This document shows positions 28,550-38,831 of a stretch of DNA of 64,000 bases, one piece after another. The DNA lies in contig CAWGAA010000001.1 in the NCBI GenBank assembly GCA_963820525.1, positions 285,299-349,298 on the forward strand, in the 5' to 3' direction. The number at the start of each line of letters is the position of its first letter. Position 1 is the stretch's first letter. Both the position numbers and the translations under genes were made by a program. The notes beneath the pieces were generated by a model. That model had not been told where the DNA came from. It made no database searches and worked only from the letters and a program-made list of their open reading frames with translations. Source of the DNA: an uncultured Spirochaetota bacterium. Lineage in GTDB: Bacteria > Spirochaetota > Spirochaetia > SZUA-6 > Fen-1364.

Positions 28550-29935
28550 ATGGCCAAGCTCTGGGACAAGGGATTCGACCAGGACGCCCTCATGGAGGCC
28601 TTCACGGTCGGCGAAGATTATTCTTTGGACTCGCGTCTGGTCAACGCGGACTGCGTGGCGAGCATGGCCCATGCCGCCATGCTGGGCGCCATCGGGATAC
28701 TGGAAAAGCGCGAGGTTGAGGCGCTGCGCCGCGAGCTGGCCGAGATCATTGCGGCCAACGCCCAGGGACGGTTCGCCATCCGCCGATCGGACGAAGATGT
28801 CCATACGGCGATCGAAAATCGCCTGACCGCCGTCCTGGGAGACGCTGGGAAGAAGATCCACACGGGAAGGTCGAGAAACGACCAGGTGATCGCCGCGCTC
28901 CGTCTCTGGACGCGCGGTTTTCTCTTCTCCTTCCAGAGAGCCTGCCTCACCCTCGTCCAGCGGCTCCTCGCGCTTTCAGAGGCGCACGCCTTGACCCCCA
29001 TGCCGGGCCGGACCCACATGCAGATCGCGATGCCGTCCTCGGTCGGGTTGTGGGCGGCCGCCTATGCCGAGGAGCTGCTCGACGACGCGCTTCTGGCCCA
29101 GGGCGCCTACGAGATATGCGACTGCTCCCCGCTGGGTTCCGCGGCAAGCTATGGCGTGCCCATTCCCCTGGACAGGGAGATGACGGCCCGGCTCCTCGGC
29201 TTCTCCCGCGTGCAGAACAATGTTCTGTACGCCAACAACAGCCGGGGGAAATTCGAGTCGATCGTGCTCGGCGCCGTGGAGCAAGCGGCTCTCACCCTGA
29301 GCAAGATGGCCCAGGACCTCATCCTCTACTCCATGCCCGAGTTCGGCTATTTCACGCTGCCCGCAGAGCTGTGTTCGGGTTCCAGCATCATGCCCCAGAA
29401 GAAGAATCCCGACGGACTGGAGGCTGTGCGTGCCAAGAGCTCTGTGATCTCCGCGGACAGGTGCGCGGTGACAGGGGCGATCCGCGCCCTGCCCAGCGGC
29501 TACAATCGGGATTTCCAAGACACCAAGGGCCCGTATTTCAGGGGATGCGAGACGGGGCTTGCCTGCCTGCGCGTGATGGACCTCACCATCGTCAAGCTCG
29601 AGGTGAACCGCGAGAGGCTGCTTGGCGCGTTCACTCCGGAGATCTTCGCGACGGATCGCGCACTCGAGCTGGTAGCCCGGGGGATGCCCTTCCGGGACGC
29701 CTACAGGGAGGTGGGCGGCAGCCTTGAAAAGCTGGCGGGAAGCGATCCCGTGGAGGCGATAAAGAAAAAGACCTCCTCCGGCGCCACGGGGAATCTCCGC
29801 CTGGATGTGGCCAAGAACGGGGCTGCGGCTCTGCTTAAAAAGGTAGATGCCGAGGAGTCGGCAAGCAGGGAAAAGATCTCTTCGCTCGCCGGAAGAGACG
29901 TCGAGCTTTTCGTGGATCCCCTGGCTCAGCGGTAG
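28550..29935 (+). CDS. argH: Argininosuccinate lyase
   Basis: Fumarate-lyase signature GSSIMPQKKNPD and 461 aa. Confidence 0.92.
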   Translation: MAKLWDKGFDQDALMEAFTVGEDYSLDSRLVNADCVASMAHAAMLGAIGILEKREVEALRRELAEIIAANAQGRFAIRRSDEDVHTAIENRLTAVLGDAGKKIHTGRSRNDQVIAALRLWTRGFLFSFQRACLTLVQRLLALSEAHALTPMPGRTHMQIAMPSSVGLWAAAYAEELLDDALLAQGAYEICDCSPLGSAASYGVPIPLDREMTARLLGFSRVQNNVLYANNSRGKFESIVLGAVEQAALTLSKMAQDLILYSMPEFGYFTLPAELCSGSSIMPQKKNPDGLEAVRAKSSVISADRCAVTGAIRALPSGYNRDFQDTKGPYFRGCETGLACLRVMDLTIVKLEVNRERLLGAFTPEIFATDRALELVARGMPFRDAYREVGGSLEKLAGSDPVEAIKKKTSSGATGNLRLDVAKNGAAALLKKVDAEESASREKISSLAGRDVELFVDPLAQR

Positions 29936-30735
29936 GTCTGGGAACCGGAAACTGTTTCCCCCGTGAGCATCACATCCCCGTTTCCCATTTGAAGGCCGCG
30001 CGTTGCCCTGACGGATCCCACCGTCAGCCTTCCCGAAACCGTGGACAGGTCGTAGCGAAGCCCGTCGAGGGCGTTCACCAGATCCATCCTGATCTCCCCC
30101 GAGACCGTCTTGAAGTACGAGCTCGCCGTGAGCAGCACCCGGTGGCCGCTGATGGACCCGGAGATGCTCGCCGCCCGGATCTTTCCCTCGACGTCGTTCA
30201 TCTCGATGGGGCCCGACACGGTTGAGAGGTCCGCATCCCCGCGGATTCTCCGTGCTTCGAGGCTGCCGGAGACGCTGCCTGCGGTTACCGCCGCTTCGAT
30301 GTCGCGAATGATGAGGCGGCCGGAGGCCGATCTGGCCTTGAGCTCGTCTGCCGACAACCCCGTGATGCGGATGTCGCCGGATGCGGAATCCACCGTGACA
30401 AGGGTATCCCTCGGGACGCTGAAAAAGAGAGTGCCGCTGCCGTGGGAAAAGAGGCCCTCCCGCTCCACCCAGACGCGAACGCCCGAGCCGTTTACCTCGT
30501 GCTTCACCGTGAAGCTGCGCGATTCGAAAAAGGAATCTTCGGGCAGGTCTGCTCGCATGGAAACGGAGCTTCCCTCTCCCCCCCTGATCTCGACATTGAG
30601 GAACTCCGCCCGGATTTCCAGGCGGTCGATCCCCGGATAGGAGAACGAATCATCTTCGCGGGCCCCCGAGGCCGAGGCAATGGCGGTGCCCAGCGACAAG
30701 AGCGATACCAGGGCGAACAGAAACGATTTCTTCAC
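29926..30735 (-). CDS. DUF4097-family putative adhesin/beta-helix lipoprotein
   Basis: Has a signal peptide and repetitive G-x-I/V-R-I/V beta-strand repeats. Confidence 0.6.
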   Translation of the reverse strand: MKKSFLFALVSLLSLGTAIASASGAREDDSFSYPGIDRLEIRAEFLNVEIRGGEGSSVSMRADLPEDSFFESRSFTVKHEVNGSGVRVWVEREGLFSHGSGTLFFSVPRDTLVTVDSASGDIRITGLSADELKARSASGRLIIRDIEAAVTAGSVSGSLEARRIRGDADLSTVSGPIEMNDVEGKIRAASISGSISGHRVLLTASSYFKTVSGEIRMDLVNALDGLRYDLSTVSGRLTVGSVRATRGLQMGNGDVMLTGETVSGSQTYR

Positions 30736-30842
30736 GTGCGGCTCCTTGAAAAGCTTCTGACAAGTATAACACCGCGGGCAGGATAAGGGGACCCTTCCCT
30801 CGCGCGTTTGCCCCCAGCGCAGTTCCTTCGTATTATCGTGCC

Positions 30843-31838
30843 ATGAAAAGCGAAGCCCCGGCCGCGGAGGACCTTGAGCTCCTCGACGCCTACTCGCAAG
30901 CGGTTATCCAGGGCGCCGCCACGGTGAGCCCGGCGGTCGTCCATATCGAAGTTTCGGGCAAATCCCAGCGCAGGGCATTTGCCGGCCTGCCTGACGAGCG
31001 GCACGGCACCGGCTCGGGATTCATCTTCACCCCGGACGGGTTCATCCTCACGAACAGCCATGTGGTGCATGGGGCGGGGAGGATCGACGTGAGCCTTCCC
31101 GACGGCCGGCGCTTCTCCGCGGATCCGGTGGGCGAAGACCCCGATACCGATCTCGCGGTGATCCGCGTCTCCGAATCGGGCCTCCCGGCAGCTTCGCTGG
31201 GAGAATCAACCTCGCTTCGCGTCGGTCAGCTCGTGATCGCAATCGGAAACCCCTTCGGCTTCCAGTACACGGTCACGGCGGGAGTGGTAAGCGCATTGGG
31301 GCGTTCTCTTCGTTCCCAGTCGGGACGGCTGATCGACAACGTGATCCAGACCGACGCAGCCCTCAACCCGGGAAACTCGGGCGGACCGCTCGTCACCTTC
31401 CGCGGCGAGGTGATCGGAGTGAACACCGCAATCATCCTTCCCGCGCAGGGACTCTGCTTCGCGATCCCGATCAATACGGCGCAGTACGTCGTCCCCCGCC
31501 TGATCAGGGACGGCAGGATCCGCCGGGGATACCTCGGCATCGGCGGCCAGAATGTGCCTCTCCCTCCCCACGCCGTCCACGTCCTCGGCTTGAAGGCGGA
31601 CAGCGGCGTGTTTGTCATTTCCGTGGAGCCCGCAAGCCCCGCCGAAAAGGCGGGGATGCGCGAAAAGGACGTCATAGTCGAAATGGACGGCAATCCCATC
31701 GCGTCCATCGACGATCTTCACAAGCTCCTCACGACGGAGAAGATAGGCGCTCCCACCAGCGTGACGGTGATCAGGCGCTCAGAGAGGCTGACCCTCTCTG
31801 CCGTACCTATCGAGTCCGGAAGCCTCACAACCGACTAG
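30843..31838 (+). CDS. HtrA/DegP-family trypsin-like serine protease with a C-terminal PDZ domain
   Basis: Catalytic motifs TNSHVV and GNSGGPL, followed by a PDZ domain. Confidence 0.85.
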   Translation: MKSEAPAAEDLELLDAYSQAVIQGAATVSPAVVHIEVSGKSQRRAFAGLPDERHGTGSGFIFTPDGFILTNSHVVHGAGRIDVSLPDGRRFSADPVGEDPDTDLAVIRVSESGLPAASLGESTSLRVGQLVIAIGNPFGFQYTVTAGVVSALGRSLRSQSGRLIDNVIQTDAALNPGNSGGPLVTFRGEVIGVNTAIILPAQGLCFAIPINTAQYVVPRLIRDGRIRRGYLGIGGQNVPLPPHAVHVLGLKADSGVFVISVEPASPAEKAGMREKDVIVEMDGNPIASIDDLHKLLTTEKIGAPTSVTVIRRSERLTLSAVPIESGSLTTD

Positions 31839-33643
31839 AGCAGGCCGCGAGCGGAGCCGATGAATCGGGCGAACTCCTCGCTGAAGGGCACCAGCTTCTC
31901 ACCTTCCCTGCGGAGATAGCCCTTCTTTTCCAGGCCCGCGCACGCGGCAAGCGAGCGGCCGGCTTCTCCAGAGCTTGCGCATTGACGGAAAGCTTCCCGC
32001 TCTTCTTCCGATGCGCTTTCGAGGATGAACTCGAAGTGCGGGCGAGTTTCCTCCCGAAAGATTTCGAGCACTTCCTGCGGCGTCGGCTTTCCCTTGTAGT
32101 CCTCTGCCCGTTTCTCCTCGGACTCGAGGTGCTCGAACCATGCGCTGCACGCCATCTGAAGGAAAAAGGGATACAGCCCGCCCATCGCGATGATCGTTTC
32201 GGCGAGCGGGGCAAGCGCGAGCCCTCGCGCCTGGGAAGGGGCTGCTATGAGCGCCTCGGCATCCTCCCTCTGAAACGGCCCGACATGATGAACCGAGAAG
32301 ATGTTGAAGAAAGGGGAGTCCGAGATCTCATGGCTGACGCACATGTCCTTGAGATCCCGGCCGGAGGCCGTGATGAAGCAGACGGACAGGCTGTTTGCAA
32401 GCGAGCGGAGGAAGGAGTAGAACTCCGGCCCGATCCGTTCGTTCTTGGTGACGCACTCGAACTCGTCGAAGAGAAAGACAAGCCGAAATCCGGCGTCGCA
32501 GGCCGCTTCGACGAACATGCGCATTCCCTGATCGTCGGAGGGAAGATCCATTTCGATCATTCCCCCGTGCTTCCTCTGCACTTCGGAAAAGACGAGCTGG
32601 AAGAACTGCCCCGAGTCCAGGGCCCGGGTCTGCTGGAAATCCACGTAGATGGGGAGATACGCGTCCGGATCTTCCAGGTAATCCAGCCGAGCCGCCGGGG
32701 AGCGCAGGTAATTGAGCAGGGAGGATTTCCCGATCCTCCTCTCCCCCACGAGCGAGACGGATTGCGGTTTCTGCGCCGAAAGGCGGCTCATGACGCGGCG
32801 CACGAGGGCCCGGCGGCCGAAAAACATTTCGGGGTGGGGAATCATGACCCTGTTGAGATAGGGATTGCCCCGGACGGGAAGCGGAGGCAGGGACGCCCGC
32901 TCGCCGCGCGTGTCGAGTCTTCCCCGAACCCTGATGCGAGGCCTGCCTGCCGCAGGCGCTGTTGGCCGCTCTGTGGCCCCGGCATCGCGGGCAGGCGCGT
33001 CGGGGGCGGCGCCTCCCTTGCGCGCTCTCCAGGACCGCGCGATCTGTTCTTCCGGCACGCCGCGCCAGTTCGCGAGGTAGATCTCGACCCGTTCCTTCTT
33101 TCCCTTGACCTCCTCGCTTCCGAGCAGTACCAGGGGAACCCCGGCGGCTTCAGTCTTCTCTTTGACGGCTCCCGAGACGAGTATCTCTTCACCATCGGCA
33201 AGGGACTCGACCCGGGCCGCCGTGTTTACCACGTCGCCGAAGAGATCCTTTTCTTCCACCACCGCCAGCCCGTAGTGAAGGCCCATGCGCACCCGCAAAG
33301 CGTATGCGGAGGATGCCGTGGCGTTATGCTTCTGGATTGCCTTCTGGAGATCTACCGTGCAATTCAGCGCGCGCAGGGGATCGTCGAAGCTCGCCATGAT
33401 CGAGTCGCCGATGGTCTTGATGATCCTGCCGCCGAAAGACTCGATTATCGGAAAGAGCAGATCGTTGTGCGTCTGCACCATCTGCCTTCCCGCGATGTCT
33501 CCCATGCGCTCGAAAAAGCCCGTGGAGCCGACGATATCCGTGAAAAGGAGAGTCACTGCCCTGGTGTGATCGGCGACGATGAGCCTGTCGATTTCCTCCA
33601 GGAGCTCTTTCCTTTTTCGCAAAAGCTCTTCGATCGTCTCCAT
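31835..33643 (-). CDS. Class III nucleotidyl (adenylate/guanylate) cyclase fused to a STAND-type P-loop NTPase
   Basis: N-terminal cyclase motifs [17 protein letters not shown] and [12 protein letters not shown]. After a Pro/Arg linker comes [15 protein letters not shown]...[17 protein letters not shown] (AAA_16-like NOD). Confidence 0.7.
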   Translation of the reverse strand: METIEELLRKRKELLEEIDRLIVADHTRAVTLLFTDIVGSTGFFERMGDIAGRQMVQTHNDLLFPIIESFGGRIIKTIGDSIMASFDDPLRALNCTVDLQKAIQKHNATASSAYALRVRMGLHYGLAVVEEKDLFGDVVNTAARVESLADGEEILVSGAVKEKTEAAGVPLVLLGSEEVKGKKERVEIYLANWRGVPEEQIARSWRARKGGAAPDAPARDAGATERPTAPAAGRPRIRVRGRLDTRGERASLPPLPVRGNPYLNRVMIPHPEMFFGRRALVRRVMSRLSAQKPQSVSLVGERRIGKSSLLNYLRSPAARLDYLEDPDAYLPIYVDFQQTRALDSGQFFQLVFSEVQRKHGGMIEMDLPSDDQGMRMFVEAACDAGFRLVFLFDEFECVTKNERIGPEFYSFLRSLANSLSVCFITASGRDLKDMCVSHEISDSPFFNIFSVHHVGPFQREDAEALIAAPSQARGLALAPLAETIIAMGGLYPFFLQMACSAWFEHLESEEKRAEDYKGKPTPQEVLEIFREETRPHFEFILESASEEEREAFRQCASSGEAGRSLAACAGLEKKGYLRREGEKLVPFSEEFARFIGSARGLL

Positions 33644-33644
33644 C

Positions 33645-34637
33645 TCATTCGATGCCTGAAAGCATTCCCTCGGTGAGCCCTGTGCGCAGAAAAGCAAGGA
33701 ACGCGGGGCTGAAGCACGCTACCTCGCCATCATGCTCCACGAGGAATCCCTGCTTGATGAGGGAACTCACATGATGGAGCTCGGATTGCCCGATTGCCTT
33801 GCCCCGGCTGACCGCCTGAAGGGGCTTGAAAGCCTCCTTCGGCAGAAGGGACACGATCTGGTGGAAGTACGGCGCCGCCGCGGGAAGAAGGACCCGCTGG
33901 AAGCCCGCATCATCGAGGGCCTCGGGATGAGCTTCCGTTGAAAACTGCGATGCAACCAGCTTTACGAGGTAGGGGGAGCTTCCGCACCATGCAACCACCT
34001 TTTGCGAGAGCGCCTCATCGACTCCGGTGAGCTTTACGAAAAGAGCCTCCGCCTCCTCGCGAGCGAGCATGCCAATCGCCAGGTTCGTGAAAATGTTGAA
34101 GAACGGCGATTCCTGGACATCCTTTACCGCACAGAGCCTCTGGAGCTCCACGAAAGAGGTCGTCACATAGGCGAGATTGTAGTTGTTTGCCATGGAGCGG
34201 AGAAACGAGAAGAACTCCAGGGGGAAAAGCTTATTCTGAGTGATGTAATGGAAGTCGTCGAGGAGAATGACAACGCGCTTTCCCGCGGCGTGGAGTCCGT
34301 CAATTGTTTTTTTCACCCTCTCGTAGGGATTTCCGCCCCCGGCCGGCATGGGGAGGAGCCCCTCGAGGCCCGCTAAAAAGGAGTCGGGATCGCGCGACAT
34401 CGCGCCGCCGGAGCATACGGGGACGAAAACGAAACGCCCCATGTCCTCCAGGAATCGCTCCTTCACGCTTTCAGCCGAGATGTACGCCAGAAGCGACGTC
34501 TTTCCGCTCTTCTTCCCCCCGATGACCGCGACGGATTGCGGTCTTTCAGCCCCGATTCGTGAGAATATCCGGCGGACCAATCCCGCGTGACCGAAGAAGT
34601 CGGAAGGGTCCGTCACCGGCGCTTCCGGATCCAGCAT
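33645..34637 (-). CDS. Stand-alone STAND-type P-loop NTPase (paralog of the ATPase module in the neighbouring gene)
   Basis: DFFGHAGLVRRIFSRI...VAVIGGKKSGKTSLLAYI, Walker B LLDDFHY, 330 aa. Confidence 0.6.
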   Translation of the reverse strand: MLDPEAPVTDPSDFFGHAGLVRRIFSRIGAERPQSVAVIGGKKSGKTSLLAYISAESVKERFLEDMGRFVFVPVCSGGAMSRDPDSFLAGLEGLLPMPAGGGNPYERVKKTIDGLHAAGKRVVILLDDFHYITQNKLFPLEFFSFLRSMANNYNLAYVTTSFVELQRLCAVKDVQESPFFNIFTNLAIGMLAREEAEALFVKLTGVDEALSQKVVAWCGSSPYLVKLVASQFSTEAHPEALDDAGFQRVLLPAAAPYFHQIVSLLPKEAFKPLQAVSRGKAIGQSELHHVSSLIKQGFLVEHDGEVACFSPAFLAFLRTGLTEGMLSGIE

Positions 34638-34649
34638 CTTTCTTCCCTT

Positions 34650-35570
34650 TCAAAACGCGTAGAACGCATAGATCGTGACGTTGGCAAACACGACCTGCAA
34701 GAGGCCGAGAAAAGGCACCGTGTTGTAGGTGGGCGGCTTGGCGAGATTTTCCGAGCCGATGACGAGGTCCGCGCGGAGAAGCTCGGCATTGGCCACGAAG
34801 CCGAAGCCGGAACGCGTCAAGAACTCCATTCTGCCGCCTAACGAGACGGAGTGGGTATAGGTGGTGAGCTTGTCGAGGCCGAACGTGTAGGAGAAGGACA
34901 TCCCTGTAGCGATCTTTTCGATACGGAATGAGGGATACCAGATGAGCCCGAGCTGGCCGCGGATCGAGTTCCAGATCGGAAGCTGCAGGGGAAAACGAAG
35001 CTCGGCATCGAGGGCGAATGATTCGTTTATATTGAAGGTATACACGATTCCCGGCTGGAGCAGCGACAGGTTCTGAAGCACCGTCGGCTCCAGGACCAGG
35101 GCCCAGAACGCCCCGATCGCATTCCTGCGCGCTGTGCGGGAAAACCGCGCAAAGTAGGCGGCCTTCACTTTCGAAAACCTTTCCAGAACGAAGGGTGGCA
35201 CTTCGGCGGGGTCTCCCAGATCGAGATCGAGGTCGATTTCCAGCCCCATGGCCAGCTGCTCATCCACCTTCTGCTCGTATCCCGGGTCCCGAAACGTGTA
35301 TGCCAGGAGAGCCGAAAGGCCGTAGAGGCGTGCTATGGACTTCGACGGACGTCTCGTGGCCGCCGACTGGTACGTTTCGATGGCCTGGGAAACGATGCCG
35401 AAACATTCCTCGTACCGCCCGGAGGCGTACAGCTCTTGAGCCTTTGCCAGCGCCTCCCCTTCGACATCAACGGTCTTTTGCTGGCCTGACTGCTGCGCCC
35501 CAAGCGGCGCGATTGCGGAGAGAAATAATGCCAGGAGAACGAGGGCAGGCGGGCTGCTCCGGGAGGTCAC
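34650..35570 (-). CDS. Secreted protein, predicted outer-membrane beta-barrel with an N-terminal TPR-like helix pair
   Basis: Has a signal peptide, alternating hydrophobic strands and a C-terminal aromatic residue (YAFYAF). Confidence 0.45.
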   Translation of the reverse strand: MTSRSSPPALVLLALFLSAIAPLGAQQSGQQKTVDVEGEALAKAQELYASGRYEECFGIVSQAIETYQSAATRRPSKSIARLYGLSALLAYTFRDPGYEQKVDEQLAMGLEIDLDLDLGDPAEVPPFVLERFSKVKAAYFARFSRTARRNAIGAFWALVLEPTVLQNLSLLQPGIVYTFNINESFALDAELRFPLQLPIWNSIRGQLGLIWYPSFRIEKIATGMSFSYTFGLDKLTTYTHSVSLGGRMEFLTRSGFGFVANAELLRADLVIGSENLAKPPTYNTVPFLGLLQVVFANVTIYAFYAF

Positions 35571-37675
35571 TTCAGCACCTCCTGTATCCGGAGCGGTGTA
35601 TCGCCCTCGCGGATGTAGATCGTGCGGCTCCTGCTATAGCCCAGGGCTTCATTCGCGATGGTAAGCGTATGCGTACCGGCCTGTACGCGGTAGGGTTTCA
35701 CGTACGGGGTGTCCAGAACGTACTTTCCGTCCAGCGAAATCCGCGCGGTTGGCCTCACGTCGAAAGTGATCCAGCCCCAGACCTCTTCGAGCGACACCTC
35801 GCTTTTGGCCTGCTCGCCGGCCGCCACGGTCGCGGTGAACGAATTGGCCCCATACCCTTCCATTTCGAGGCTGACGATGTGATCGCCGGACTGGATGTTT
35901 TCAGCGTACGGGGTTCTTTTTCCCGTGCGCTGTCCGTCCACCGAAACTTCGGCGCCGGGAGGCTGGGAATTGATGATGAGGATACCGGTGTCCTTCTCAG
36001 CCCCCCCCTGGGCGGCCTCACTCGTGCCGGCGGCCGCCTCGGAAGGGGCCGCGGGCTTGGGCTGGCCGGCGCGAGCCTGGGGGGGAGCCGTTTTCGCGGC
36101 CTCCGCCGGGAAGGGGATGCTGAAGGCGCGACGCTCGGGAGAAATCCCGACGTCAAGCTCCACCTTCTCCCCGGTCTTGAGAACCGCGATGATTCTATGC
36201 GGCCCGAGCTCGAGGGAGGGGACCTGAATGATGAGGGGATCGCGCTGCCCCTCACTCGTGAGAGCCTGCTCGTTGTCGATAGAGAGCCGATAGGGGCCGC
36301 GGTTTGCGATGAAAGTGACCCCCTTCACCAGGGGCCGCGAGGAGTCGGCGGCTGCGGCGCCGTCGGTCCGGCGCGACTGGGCTGAAGATATCCCCAGTCT
36401 CTGGGCGGCCTCGGGGAGATAGCGCGGAATCAGGAAAAACCACGAAACGAGGCCAACCGCCAACACCCCGGCGGCAACGATCGCAGCGAGGAGGGTCCGC
36501 GAGCCTTTCTGGAACTGGAGGCCGGCTTCCTTTGCCGCTTTCCAGATCGAATGCTCGCGGCGGATCCAGCGTCGAAAAAGGTCCATCTTGAACCTGTACG
36601 TCGCGCTCTCGCCCTTCTCGAGGAACTCCCCATGATACCCCTCTTCGAGCAGCACGTTCACCTGCTCCTTCTTGAAGGGAAGCACAATCCTGTTCGTCTT
36701 GATGAAATGAACTATCTGCTCGGAATCGGACCATCCCTCGGGATCCGCGAGCCTGCTGGCAAGGGATGAGAGGATGATCTGATCCCACTCGCTCACGCTG
36801 TTCCAGCTGTAGATCATCTGCGGCAGGGGGTTGTCGACGATCTCCCGAACGATTCGCTCCAGATCCTCCGCGCCGGGCTGGCCCTTCTGGTCTTCGATGA
36901 GAAGGTCGACCATGTTCTGGCAGATCACCTGCGTATAGAAAGGCTGGCCGCCGGTAAGCCGATAGATCGACTCGACCATGCCCGCCGGGTACGACACATA
37001 CTCGCGGAGGGGCTCCGTGATGAGCCGGGAGGTGTCTCCGCGCGAGAGGTACGAGATCTTTCTGTACACGGATTTGCCCAGGAGAGACTTCCAGATGTCG
37101 ACTTTCCTGTCTTCCAGGTTGGTGGAGCCGGTGAAGATGAAGGAGACCCGATATGGGCTCTCCAGTATTCCCGCAAGGTAGTGGATTGCCGATTCGCCGA
37201 GAGATCCGTCCTTGATCTTGGTTTCTATCAGCTCGTACTCGTCGAAGAGAAAAAGAACGATCCGCTCGGGTGCGTTGGCGCGCGCCAGCGCCAGAAAGGA
37301 TTCGAAGAGCCGCTCGACGCTCGGTGTTCCCGCCTCCGCCTCGAGCCTCTCCATGGAGAGGCCCCTGCTGCCCAGGGCCTCGCAGCCGGCTTTCAGGACG
37401 GATCGGAAGAAATCCAGCTCTCCACGGATGCCGGCCAGCATCTGCATGTCGATGAGGACGGGCAGAAAGACGCTCCCCAGCCTGCCGCCGAGGATCTGGA
37501 AGAGAATCGAGGTCTTGCCCGAGCGCCTTTCGCCGCAGAGCACGAGGATCTGATTGGCTTTTCCTTCCCCGATCTTCTTCGCCACGAACTGGAAATCGTC
37601 CTCGCGGCCGAAAAACATCTCCTTCGACTTTATGGGATTGCCGACGATGTAGGGATTGAATGGGATTGACTTCAT
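35567..37675 (-). CDS. Membrane-anchored STAND-type P-loop NTPase with two periplasmic PEGA-like domains
   Basis: MFFGREDDFQFVAKKI...LVLCGERRSGKTSILFQI, then one TM helix (LLAAIVAAGVLAVGLVSWFFLI), then a Pro/Ala linker and PEGA-like beta domains. An internal ATG at 37675 is chosen as the start. Confidence 0.6.
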   Translation of the reverse strand: MKSIPFNPYIVGNPIKSKEMFFGREDDFQFVAKKIGEGKANQILVLCGERRSGKTSILFQILGGRLGSVFLPVLIDMQMLAGIRGELDFFRSVLKAGCEALGSRGLSMERLEAEAGTPSVERLFESFLALARANAPERIVLFLFDEYELIETKIKDGSLGESAIHYLAGILESPYRVSFIFTGSTNLEDRKVDIWKSLLGKSVYRKISYLSRGDTSRLITEPLREYVSYPAGMVESIYRLTGGQPFYTQVICQNMVDLLIEDQKGQPGAEDLERIVREIVDNPLPQMIYSWNSVSEWDQIILSSLASRLADPEGWSDSEQIVHFIKTNRIVLPFKKEQVNVLLEEGYHGEFLEKGESATYRFKMDLFRRWIRREHSIWKAAKEAGLQFQKGSRTLLAAIVAAGVLAVGLVSWFFLIPRYLPEAAQRLGISSAQSRRTDGAAAADSSRPLVKGVTFIANRGPYRLSIDNEQALTSEGQRDPLIIQVPSLELGPHRIIAVLKTGEKVELDVGISPERRAFSIPFPAEAAKTAPPQARAGQPKPAAPSEAAAGTSEAAQGGAEKDTGILIINSQPPGAEVSVDGQRTGKRTPYAENIQSGDHIVSLEMEGYGANSFTATVAAGEQAKSEVSLEEVWGWITFDVRPTARISLDGKYVLDTPYVKPYRVQAGTHTLTIANEALGYSRSRTIYIREGDTPLRIQEVLK

Positions 37676-37811
37676 CTCTGACACCGAGTATAGCACAGAT
37701 GCAGCCGATTGCCACTGCAGAGGACGGCGGGCTCCCGGCCAAGACCTTCCGGCGGCACCCTGGTGAATTGAAAAAAGCCGTGCTATATTCTGGACAGTAA
37801 GAGCAAATGAC

Positions 37812-38696
37812 ATGAAAAAGAAAAATCTCGTGACACTGGTTCTCCTGTTCGCGGCAGTCGCTTTGCTGTCCGCCGAAAAGATCTCCATCGACTACCTCGA
37901 TGGGACGGTGGAGCTGAAGACGGCGAAGGGCTGGGCACTCCTTTCCATCGGTGACACGATCCCCACCGATGCGAGCGTTCGGGTCTCCAAGGGCGGCTCG
38001 TTGGAGCTTTCCAGCGGAACCCAGCGGATAACGCTCCTGAAAGATGGGGTCTACGCCGTCGCCGACCTCTTGAAAGCCGGTGGGAAGAGCGGAAAAGCCG
38101 GCATTGGAGTGGCTCTCACGCAAAAGCTGCACTCTATGACGGCCGAAAAGGAGCAGCAAGGCACCGTGGCGGGCGCACGTGGCGCGCAGCAGGGGCAGGG
38201 AGCGGACGTCCAATGGGTCGACGAAAACGAGGAAACCCGGGCGACTGTGAACGACCTGTTCGAGAAAGGCAAGTACGCGGACGCGGTGTCCATCATCAAG
38301 GGGGCGATCGCGGACGCGTCGACCAGCGATGAGAGGAAAGAGCTCAGCTACCAGCTTGCCGTCGCGTACTACGGATCGGGGAAAACGGCGCTCGCGTTCC
38401 GCACGGTTTCCAAAGTCTCCCCCGCGGTGACGGTGGGATACTACCCCGATTTCATGATCCTCAAGGCAAACATCCTCCTGGACAGCGCCGCTTACAAGGA
38501 CGGGCTTGCGGTGCTCGGCGAGTTCCTCAAGACCAAGCCGCAAAACTCGTACGCCCAGGTGGCGTACCTGCTCTCGGCCGAGTGCTCGAGAGGGCTGGGC
38601 GACGAGAAGGCTTCCGCGGAGGCTTTAAAGACCGGCTACGCGCTGGATCCGCAGAGCGAAACGGCGAAGCAGATCTCCGACATGCAGGGCAACTAG
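37812..38696 (+). CDS. Secreted FecR-like/TPR-like protein
   Basis: Has a signal peptide, a FecR-like beta segment and a C-terminal helical repeat. It is divergent from the STAND operon. Confidence 0.5.
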   Translation: MKKKNLVTLVLLFAAVALLSAEKISIDYLDGTVELKTAKGWALLSIGDTIPTDASVRVSKGGSLELSSGTQRITLLKDGVYAVADLLKAGGKSGKAGIGVALTQKLHSMTAEKEQQGTVAGARGAQQGQGADVQWVDENEETRATVNDLFEKGKYADAVSIIKGAIADASTSDERKELSYQLAVAYYGSGKTALAFRTVSKVSPAVTVGYYPDFMILKANILLDSAAYKDGLAVLGEFLKTKPQNSYAQVAYLLSAECSRGLGDEKASAEALKTGYALDPQSETAKQISDMQGN

Positions 38697-38736
38697 CCCG
38701 GTGAGATAGACGATAAGAACCTCCTTGGCCCCGGCG

Positions 38737-38797
38737 CCGGACGGCCCCTACTCTCAGGGCGTTTCGGCCTCGGGGCCGCTTTTTTTTTGCGGGACAA
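38737..38797 (+). terminator. Intrinsic terminator (GC hairpin followed by T9)
   Basis: ggccccg...cggggcc stem followed by ttttttttt. Confidence 0.5.
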
Positions 38798-38831
38798 ATG
38801 CCGAAGGCCCCGGCGGTGGTCGCGTTGCCTT

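Noticed and set aside
31835-33643. Considered calling the cyclase-STAND gene a Pycsar (PycC) or CBASS-like cyclase system.
   Set aside because: No cNMP-binding, TIR or TM effector partner is adjacent. The cyclase is the classic purine-type class III fold fused to a NOD, so assignment to a described defence family is unsupported.
36252-38543. A 763-aa minus-strand ORF overlapping the membrane STAND/PEGA gene and the FecR-like gene.
   Set aside because: It is an alternate frame of a gene with clear P-loop and PEGA motifs. Its translation is Arg/Gly-rich with no motifs.
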